Shown here: positions 54,086 through 64,000 of the stretch, piece after piece | Layout: each line of letters opens with the position of its first letter | Position numbering within the stretch: the stretch's first letter is position 1 | Source: Octopus vulgaris | Taxonomy: Eukaryota | Assembly: GCA_951406725.2 (NCBI GenBank) | Contig: OX597823.1 | Coordinates: forward strand, 105,462,001-105,526,000 | Direction of reading: 5' to 3' | Length of the DNA: 64,000 nucleotides | Program-made: the position numbers and the translations under genes | Notes under the pieces: generated by a model | Seen by the model: the letters and a program-made list of their open reading frames with translations, nothing else | Databases searched by the model: none | Told to the model about the DNA's origin: nothing

Positions 54086-54139
<54 letters not shown>

Positions 54140-54164
54140 TAATAATAATAATAATAATAATAAT

Positions 54165-54585
54165 AAGGCCAACAGACCAGATATAGTTGTCAAAGATCAT
54201 GAAGAAAAAAAATGCTTTCTAATTGATGTATCAATACCAGCAGATGACAATGTGTCTCTAAAAGAAATGGAGACACTCTCAAAATACAAAGATCTGGAAA
54301 TAGAGGTAACCAGAATGTGGAATCTGAAAATAGAAACAATTCCTATCATAGTAGGTGCATTAGGCATGATAAAAAAATATTCAGACAAATACATAACAAA
54401 AACACCAGGACTTACAAACACATATAACATACAGAAAATTGCACTACTAGGCACTGCACACATCCTACGCAGAACACTTTCCATACAATAACCATCAGAG
54501 CATCACAACAAATCACAGCACATACCCAAGGCACACAGAGCTGCGCTCGGTAGTGAAGTGAAAGCACGCTATAAAAATAAAACTA

Positions 54586-54590
<5 letters not shown>
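54165..54590 (+). mobile_element. R4/Dong-like non-LTR 3' fragment inserted in (AAT)n
   Basis: ANRPDIVVKD...FLIDVSIPAD...KY.DL...IPIIVGALG...QKIALLGTAHILRRTL; stop, short 3' UTR with AATAAA; (AAT)n on both sides. Confidence 0.9.
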
Positions 54591-54651
<61 letters not shown>

Positions 54652-55177
54652 GCTAGGAGCACAGCTAAAAGAGTCGCTCGGTGTGTCTATTAAATTTTTT
54701 CTGGACTCGTGTGTTTTGGAACATAATATAATGTATGTCTAGAAATTCATGAGTCAGAAAAGAACAGGCAGGGATATATTGTTTAATGGAGTGGGTATAT
54801 TATTAATAGGAAATACAGCATTACATTCTCATAGCAGGTTTTTTACTGTTTCTTTCATACAGGCGTTGAGAAAACCTCGGCAACCATCTGGGAAATTTAA
54901 AATTTAAAATGTATGGCATATATTCTTAACCACCGGATGCCTGAAAGTGGCACTTCTGGTCAGCCAGTTTTACGGCAGTTGTAAAAGAACTGGAATGAAA
55001 ATAGTCATTAGAAATTCAATAATATCTAATAATCCCCTTTTTCAGCGATGGGTCTCTGGGTTTTTAGTCTGGACGACACTCGCTGTTTTTCTTTTTAACA
55101 ACAGCTGTATGATCGACAAACTGGAAGTGCTTCTTGCAAGCCTCCCGTGGCAAAGAACTGGCGCTATGCTATCCCTT

Positions 55178-55245
55178 TCAGCCTTTTCTGATGATTGCCC
55201 TGGTTGTCACAACCTTTGTATGAAACCGATTGGTAAAGTGGCTGA
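55178..55245 (+). ncRNA. Type I hammerhead ribozyme motif
   Basis: UCAGCCUUUU-CUGAUGA-UUGC..GGUUG-UCA-CAACC..GUAU-GAAA-CCGAUUGG-UA-AAGUGGCUGA; 10-bp stem I with one U-U, self-complementary stem III, GUA triplet. Confidence 0.82.
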
Positions 55246-55348
55246 TATAAGAATACAATATTGTATTTTATTATTATTAATAATAATTCTTTCAAATTTT
55301 GGCACAAGGTTAGCAATTTTAGAGAAAGAGACTAGCTTATTACTTTGA

Positions 55349-55559
55349 GAATCCAGGTAAAAAAAGTCACAGGTAAAAAACCTCAGGAAAAAAGACACGG
55401 AAAAATAGTCACAGCTGTTTTCTCCGGGGGTTTGTCCGAAGGGTTTTGTCCTAGGTGGGATTGTCCGGATCCCATAAATTAATTGTGACTTTTTTTCCTA
55501 GCCAAAATTGTGGCTTTATTATTGTAACATTTTTTCCTGTGACTTTATTACTGGTCACC
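55349..55559. mobile_element. Degenerate MITE with internally repeated TIRs, nested in a minus-strand SINE A (55290-55717)
   Basis: Left AAAAAAGTCACAGG repeats mirrored by right CCTGTGACTTT / TGTGACTTTTTT repeats. Confidence 0.65.
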
Positions 55560-57743
55560 AACGTTGACCTCAGTATTTAGCTATTACTTACTTCATCGAC
55601 CTGAAAGGCTGCAAAGGGAAGTCGACATCGGTGACATTTGAACGTAGAATGTAAAGCCGGAAGAAATGCCGTTAAGCATTGTGTCCGGCGCAGTAACGAT
55701 TCTGCCAGCTCGCCACCTTCCCATGGCCATTAATAATATAAGGAAAGTGAAACGATTTCCTTTATCCCTGCATTGAAACTGTATGGTCGTGTATTCACGT
55801 TGTTATGGACTGGAATCTTGTACTATGGCGCTCATGGAGTTTCATATATAAATTTGGTAAAAGACCAGAAATATACAGAAGATAGGATCAAGTGAAACTC
55901 ATGCATTTATCAAGCGCAGCGTCAATCAAGAAAGGAAACTGGCTTGCACTCTCAGTGGTCTCTTTCATTCGGCTCTTACAAGCGACTCCCCACTCGACAC
56001 CTTCACTCGTGCTCTCATTTGCTTTTCTTTTTTTTTTGCTCGGTTTCTTCATTCCACTCACCTTACTCTACCACATTTACTGCCGCAGCATGAAACTCAT
56101 ACCTCTCCTCTACCGTACTCTCCTCTACCGTACTCTCCTCTACTTTACAACACTCACTTCTCTTCTATCACGTTCAGCTCTGCTCTGTCACACTCAATTC
56201 TACTCTAATACGATCACCATTCTGTCTCCCCAACCGTACTCACCTCAACTCTACCACACTCACCTCTACTCCGTCACACTCACCACAACTTTCACATATT
56301 TACTCGAATGAAATATAGTTAAATATCACTAAACAAAAGACAAAACCAGAAACAAAAAAAGCCATGGTTTATTTATTTTAGGAATAAAAGAAAAGTTTAT
56401 CTTGGTCAATTTTCAAAAAAGAAAAAAAAAGTAAAATGTAACCTTTGTTCTACAATGTATTTGCTGTAGACTTTTGCTTTGTAGGCCCAAGTTAACTCAA
56501 CCCGTCCTATGCTATAAGACATTCCAGTTACGACTGTTTTATCTTATGGGTTGGTGAGAAGTGTATAGAACTACATTACCTGTCTATATGTCATTTTTTT
56601 TTTATCTAAGATTGTATAACGTGATTTAAAGGAGATTTGGCTGCTCTTTCTAGTAGGTTGAGCGACGACACAGATGTTCTCCATTGACTCACACCCTCTT
56701 TGTTTTTAACCTGCTTTACAGAGAAATGTTCATAGTTTAACCACAGAGTCTGTTAGTTAAGTGGTCTACATGTGCGTTTATTAAACAGACGCATGTAAAT
56801 TACAACATATTCGACTTTACTGCGGAAATCAGACATATGAACTATAAAAAATCCATTATCTTTATAGAAAGCAGTCTTATATACCAATTTATATTTTGTT
56901 GAGGAATGTCATATTTTAAACTATTTTTTGTTGGGATATGTCAAATTCATTGAAGCAACGTGGCTTACAGAAAATACATTTTTTGTTCTTTTGATAGACA
57001 TTTAATATCATTACTCTAATAATCATGAAACTTAATTTCGCAGTTAAAGGGATAATTCATAGTTAAAGTCAGAATCAGTGGTTTGTGAAGCCCACACAAC
57101 TTTTTTTCCGTCTTATTTTCTTTTCACTTTTAACTGGTCTCAGCCGAGAATCGAAAGTAGACTCCCGACAGATCATAATCTAACAATTTATTGTATGAGT
57201 GTTCTTTTGTGCAAGAAACTTCTTATGGATAATGAAAGGGTTAACAGACAATTACAACAGTTCTTACACCGCCGAATAAGAAAAGTTGGAACCACACAGC
57301 TAATTCAGCGAGTATAATTGACAACGCAATGAAACAGCACTATCATCTGATGCCGTTAGATCAGTGAAACACCTTTTATAAGATTATAAGCTCCATTATT
57401 GCTAATTAAGACACTTATCTGTCCGGATTAAACTCGCATTTGCAATCAAATGAATCTGCATGAATCCTAAAGTGTCTGTGAGTCAGTATATAAGTAGGGA
57501 ATTATTAGTTCTGTTAAAGAATTACGTAAAACCAAAGCGGCTCGCTTGGATAATTAGAAAGGTTATTGTGTGTATCTTAAAAAGGACTTCTTTGTTTATG
57601 AAGGATATCTGATAACTAACTACAAGCAACTCCACTGGGATTTCTTGTTGTTACGTAGTAGTGAACTTTTTAAAATATTTCCAACAATGAAACAACCACT
57701 ATTGGACAGAGGGTAGATACACAGATAAAGAATTACGCAATCT

Positions 57744-57900
<157 letters not shown>

Positions 57901-58845
57901 ATGTACAAATATATGCTTAAATATGTGTGATATAATAAATATGCATACATATATACATAATATTTAATAAATCATATATACAATATGACATAATGAAGTA
58001 TATATATGTGTGTGTGTATACATATATGTGTGTGTTCTTATACATATATATACATATACATACATATATATGCGTATACATATACATATATATATATATA
58101 TACACATATACATATAATGCGATTAGATGGATGAAAGATACAATGTGGGTGTGTGTGGGCGCGTGGGTGTGTTTAGGTGTGTGTATGTTCGTGTTTGCGT
58201 GTGTCAGTGTATATATATGTGTGTGTGTATACGTATATACATGCATATGAACATATACGTATACATACACATACAAATACACACAATCTTGTGTGAGTAG
58301 GAATTATCTACTAATTAACACGACTAATTAAAAGAAGACAACTCATTCCTCACATCCAAATATTGAAAGGCGCGTGTTCACTTTTTTTTTCAAACGGATT
58401 GGGTATTATCGAATATTATTTCCGCATAGAAGTTAAATAGATGTTAAGAACGACATGAAACAAGTTTCAACCTTTTTCTTACCCTCATTTTCTCTTCAAT
58501 AAATATTTTCTTTTGATTTTATTAACCCTGCCATTCAATAACTAGGATTCATTAAAAGACACTATTCGGCTTCATATTTTCTTCTTGTCATCCAACGAAA
58601 AATGATGTTTTCTTTGCTGTTTCTTCTGTTTTATATCAGATGTAGCCAACTATGAATAAAAGACCCAAACTCTGGATGAAGAAAAGATTAATCATTAATC
58701 GTGCCAAACATTGGTCTTGTTACTCAGTAATCAAAGGTGGCAATTAAAATAGTCATAAAGACGACCCTTAATTGGCAATCTAATTTCAATACACACACAC
58801 ACTCACACACACACATGAATATATATATGTGTGAGTCTGTGTGTC

Positions 58846-58897
<52 letters not shown>

Positions 58898-59250
58898 GAG
58901 ACATATATATTTATATATATGTACACTTATGTGTATATATAATTATATGAATATATATATGAATATAAATATAAAGTATACGTATATATATATATATTCA
59001 TATATATGTACATGTGTATATGAATATAGATATATGTGTGCGTGTATGTGTATGTGTGTGTATGTTTGTATGTGTGTTTGTTTGTGTGTGTATTAGGGTG
59101 TATATATGTGTATGTGTGTTCATGTGAAAATCTATATGTGAATGTGCGCCTGTGTGTTTATAAGGTCTCAATGTGTCGATGATGGTGTATATATCTAAGG
59201 ACAGGGTTAATTAAACATAATGAATACCGAGTAAACTAGAATTCTCACAC

Positions 59251-59307
<57 letters not shown>

Positions 59308-59496
59308 TAGCCACATATACAAATAAACATACACACATTCAGAGGTATATGCTCTTACACACAGGCAAGCACACACTCACACATTCACATACACATACAC
59401 ACTCTCTCGTATACTATCGCGTACACACGAACACACTTCCCACCCTTAATTTGGTTGTGGTACTGGTCTGCTGAATCTTTCGGTTGTGAGTTCAAA

Positions 59497-60277
59497 TGAG
59501 CTGTAGCTTCCATATGCTTCAGAATCGGACATTTATGTCTATAACAGGACACTTATGACTTGGTCGACGAGGCTCTTGTAAAGGGATGGCATGCGGCCTC
59601 GCTCCCCACTGAAGTCGGCTGCTGCTGCTTTTCAGTTGCATCTATACGCTGCTTCCTTCAAAAGATTGATCTGGAACCTAAACCGTTGAAGGAAGCCATC
59701 AAGGATAGAAGAAGTACGGCAGCTGAAACTCGTTCATGGCAGCTATGATTAATAAGAGACGACAAGTGGAAAACTAGTTCAGTCCTTACGGCTCAACCCA
59801 GACGAAGCATACAGGCTAAAGGTTGAAACGCTTGTGACCCTCAAATACCTGATGATATGGAAAGGTTTCGTATTTTGTAATGGATTTAGCAGAAGATCTT
59901 ACAAGACCTCTGAGTAACTCTTGGAGTTTCTGTCAAGAGTAAAATAGGTGAAATGTTTCACTCCTTAGCCTGTACGCTTCGCCTGAGTGGGGCAGCGAGG
60001 AATAAATCAATTTTCCACTTGTGGACACTTATCAACCATAGTTACCATGAGCTGGTTTCAGCTGCAGTGACTATCCCCTTGGTGGATTTCTTCGGTGGTC
60101 TGTATTCCAGACTAATCATTCACATGAAATGGTGCACCGATATAGCTGGAAAAGGGCTGCAGCTGACTTCAATAAGGAACGAAGCTGCATGTCATCCCTT
60201 GACAAAGGCCTCGCCGACCAAGTCCTGATACTTGGGCATAAGTATCCTGTTTTGAAGCACATAGAATCTACAACTCA
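59497..60277. repeat. Old foldback, arms about 59497-59832 and 59952-60277
   Basis: GACTTGGTCGACGAGGC vs GCCTCGCCGACCAAGTC; ACAAGTGGAAAA vs TTTTCCACTTGT; TACAGGCTAA vs TTAGCCTGTA, all colinear. Confidence 0.85.
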
Positions 60278-60752
60278 TAAACATGTAGTTGTGAAGCTAG
60301 CTGTAGAGATGTGATATAAAAACTTTAAGAAAAGAATCACTGACTTATGCCGGAGGATAAATATCTTTTGCCGGCTTCGTTCTACAGGAACAGGAAGTAA
60401 ATACTGCAGAAACGTAGAAAAAACAACAACATATATTTGGCTTTGTTCTTTTTTCCGGCTTTAGTTATTAGATTGTGGCCATGCTGGTGCAGCACCGTCA
60501 GTGCTTTACTCAAACCCATCAGAAATTATTTCAGTCAGATAATATTCTGCCGTGCGTGTGTAATTACCGAACCATTAAGGTACAGCAAGAGAAAAGGGAT
60601 GAAACCTTTATAAGAAAACTGATTTTGAAATCAGTGTAAATATACGTACTGACGTAAATATGCATTCACGCATACACACAAGTATATACATTTACATACA
60701 TACATACTTACATACATATACCACATACATACATGCTCTATCTATCTATCTG

Positions 60753-60836
<84 letters not shown>

Positions 60837-61044
60837 CTTATCTATCTGTTTGACTGTCTGTCTATTTGTTATTATTCTGCATAGCCATAATAGTACCTAT
60901 AATTGATAGTTGGAAGTCCAATATACTAATGAGGCACAACACTCATAATCTCCGGTAGCGAGATAATATGAATTCATCAAGGTCTTCTTCTCTGGATCTC
61001 AATTAAAGCATAAGGTAAATACACAGCATAATATTGGTTTTAGA

Positions 61045-61456
61045 TTTTGGCACAAGGCCAGCAATTTAACGGTAAGGTTAAGTCGATTTCATCGACCACA
61101 GTACTCAACTGCTACTTATTTTATCAACGCCAAAAGGATGAAAATTTGAACTCGGAACACAAAGACGAACGAAATGCCGCAAAGCAGTTTGCCAGCGTGT
61201 TAATGATTCTGCCAGCTCGCCGCCTTACAGAGTATAATATTCTGTTCTAGTCTGGGCACAAGGCCCGAAATTTTTGGGGAGGAGTCCAGTTGATTCGATC
61301 GGCCCCAGTACGCAACTGGTACTTAATTTATCGATTCCCGAAAGGATGAAAGGCAAAGACGACCTCGGCGGAATTTGAACTCAGAAGGTAGAGGCAGGCG
61401 AAATATCGATAAGCATTTCGCCCGGGGTGCAAACGTTTCTGCCAGCTCGCCGCCTT
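61045..61456 (-). mobile_element. Two tandem SINE family A copies (alternative tail)
   Basis: 61045-61224 degenerate; 61245-61456 flanked by TACAGAGTATAATATT / TATAGAGTATGATATT. Confidence 0.85.
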
Positions 61457-62765
61457 TTTATAGAGTATGATATTAAATGACAAATGATAAAAGGAGAGTT
61501 ACATAATCACGCTATCAGTGACTTCTGGATGCACAATTCCTTATCTGTAACGCAGAAAAAATTGTCATTTGTTGCTGCTATAAAAAAAAAAAAAAAAAAT
61601 GTTGTATGGCATTTGATATACCTATATTTGTCTATGTTTATGTCCATGTCACTGGTCCGTCTGACTTGGTCATTTTTGTTTAATTTATACAAATTCATTC
61701 CTGAGCTATATTCTCTAATCTTTTTGACATATGTCCATGTCCCGTGGCTGCTGGAGATAGGGTCGGTCATTTGTCATTCTTATGACTTCTGTTGAAGCAG
61801 AAACATGGGTCCACGACTGTGTTCTTATATCAAGACAATAAGCCAGTCCTTTTCCTTAATGGCATATCAACTTTGGAAAATCCTTGATAATTGAGATTAT
61901 TACCCATGCTTTATGGAGCTGGCCTCCATTGCTATGTGGGTGAAACATCTAAGGGGAAAATTTTAATAAATTAAGAATTATGTTGTATGGTATTCATATA
62001 TACGCTACTCCGTAATTTTCTTAGCAAGTTTTTTCTTCTCTTTTTTTTTTGCGTGCGCGCGCGTGCACACACACTCACACACACACACATGCACATACAC
62101 ACATAGAGGCATTATAAAGGCTCTGGTGTGAAACGCAATTAAGCGAAGAAAATATTCAGTAATGTTAATTAGATTGCAATTATATTTATAAAACCAGCTT
62201 CAGTTCTTATTTGGGTTGTTTTCGTTCCCAAACATCAGGCGATTAGAAACGAGAAACATCAATAGTAGTTATTGTTGCCTTTGGCCTTGTGAAGCACAAA
62301 TTACTGAGGAAAAAATTACGCGGGTTCTTCTTGTGTGACCCACGAGAACCCGTGTATGCCCGGGTAGCATAAGCACACTTCGGTACCGTCCGAGCAGGCT
62401 ATGCTTCAGGAAGAGCATGAAAACATTGTAATGTGCAATCAGTACAAGCATGTGCAATATGTAATATATGCGTTTATGAGAAATGTCTTAATGTACCACA
62501 ACACATGTACGCACATGTAGGCTACGTTATTTTTATAAATGCTCCACATTTTTATTATGCTACTATTAAATGAAAAACAAGAACAACAACACACACACCT
62601 ACGTGTGAGCGTGCGTGTACATGTGTTTGGGTGTGTGAATATATATATACAAATATCTATCAGTATATAAACACATATGAATTTACATATACATACATAC
62701 ATACATTACTGTATATAACCATAATTTCATTCATTATATATGTGTTTATATATGTATATATATAT

Positions 62766-62837
<72 letters not shown>

Positions 62838-62900
62838 GTGCATGTGCTTGATTGTATGTCCATATATATATTGTACATATATTTACATTCATTTATATAA

Positions 62901-62937
<37 letters not shown>

Positions 62938-63062
62938 GATACATATATATATATACATATATATATACATATATACATAGAAACATATATATATACACAT
63001 ATAGACATATACATATATGTATATATATATATACATATATATATGTATATATATATATATGT

Positions 63063-63124
<62 letters not shown>

Positions 63125-63207
63125 AAGGGTGAAAAGGAACACACGAGTTGATATATATGAAAAAACAAGTAAAAAATAGAAAATGCTAAAATAATTTTAT
63201 AGTGAAC

Positions 63208-63253
63208 ATTTCAGTACCGGTTTCGGTCATTTTGAGACCTTTTCAACTGTAAC
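63208..63253 (-). ncRNA. Minimal type I hammerhead with compensatory U3-A8 core
   Basis: GUUACAG-UUGAAAA-GGUC-UCAAAAU-GACC-GAAA-CCGG-UA-CUGAAAU; in (TA)n-adjacent unit beginning TAAGGGTGAAAA at about 63123. Confidence 0.72.
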
Positions 63254-63583
63254 GATTAAATAATTAAATTTAGAAAAATTAGAAGAAAAGTTTTTTTAAA
63301 AGAATATTTCTATAGTAGTGTTCAGATTTAAGTGGCATTCTGCCTTTCTCTGACTCCCTTGTTTGCACTTGTGTGTTCGAGGTAGTTGTGAGTTCTTGGT
63401 AGGGTAGTAGAGGGAAGGCTGGTGAGGAAAGGGGGTGGGAGAATCTGGGAGTGCCCTGATGGTCGTATTTTGAATGGTCAGTGGCGGCTGGCAGTCTCAG
63501 TTCAATTCAGGATTGTTTATAGAATTAGCGTAGGTGTTATACTAAAAAACATTAGTGACAAACTTAAGGGGTAGGGGTGAGAG

Positions 63584-63827
63584 AGAAGAAGAAGAAGAAG
63601 AAGAAGAAGAAGAAGAAGAAGAAGAAGAAGAAGAAGAAGGAGAAGATGATGGTGATGGTGGTGATGATTATGACGACGATGATGATGATAACGATGATGA
63701 TGAAGAAGAAGAAGAAGAAGAAGAAGAAGAAGAAGGAGGAGAAGGAGAAGATGGTGGTGATGATGGTGGTGATGATGATGACGCCGATGATGATGATAAC
63801 GATGATGATGAAGAAGAAGAAGAAGAA
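63584..63827. repeat. Compound (GAA)n/(GAT,GGT)n repeat, roughly duplicated
   Basis: Two similar GAA-run plus GAT/GGT-run blocks. Confidence 0.9.
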
Positions 63828-64000
63828 AAAAACAGAGAAGGAGAATATGAATGGGTGTAAATATAGCTATGAAGGGGCTGATTAGTAATGGATTCTATGG
63901 AGTGTAGTATTTGTGTGTGTATATATATTTTTTTCTTTTATTCTAAAGTTGAGGTATATTAATTGTTTGTCGTAGACCCGTTAAGAAGTGGCTTGTATTT

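Noticed and set aside
54947-55348. 133-aa ORF as a host exon
   Set aside because: No recognisable domain, GTG start, overlaps a hammerhead and runs into a SINE
59845-59870. CUGAUGA-UAUG-GAAA in the foldback spacer
   Set aside because: No stem II or stem III
63555-63885. Acidic or poly-Lys ORFs
   Set aside because: Compound GAA/GAT repeat open in more than one frame, with no splice or domain context

Overview
Repeat-dominated, AT-rich eukaryotic DNA with no recognisable host protein-coding exon; probably intronic or intergenic. The SINE families and extreme microsatellite load (TA, CA, TATG, CTAT, AAT, TAG, GAA) are consistent with an Octopus-type cephalopod genome (inference from recalled repeat families, not a database hit). 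Nearly all ORFs in the track are translations of microsatellites. Real content: many copies of 2-3 tRNA-derived SINE families (several with clear TSDs); a 5'-truncated Tx1/L1-clade LINE (30136-33080) flanked by an unusually long direct duplication; CR1-type and R4/Dong-type LINE fragments; Penelope-like (PLE) RT and GIY-YIG remnants; hAT-, Merlin- and Helitron-type non-autonomous elements; and several long foldbacks. The most striking signal, folded by hand, is about a dozen type I hammerhead ribozyme motifs (stem I - CUGANGA - stem II - GAAA - short, mostly palindromic stem III - NUH - stem I'). Most sit in short (TA)n-embedded PLE/retrozyme-like modules, often with inverted arms, and five cluster in 48.98-51.55 kb. 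They include non-canonical core variants: U3-A8, U-U at 10.1-11.1, and CUGUNGAA. Catalytic activity and expression are untested.
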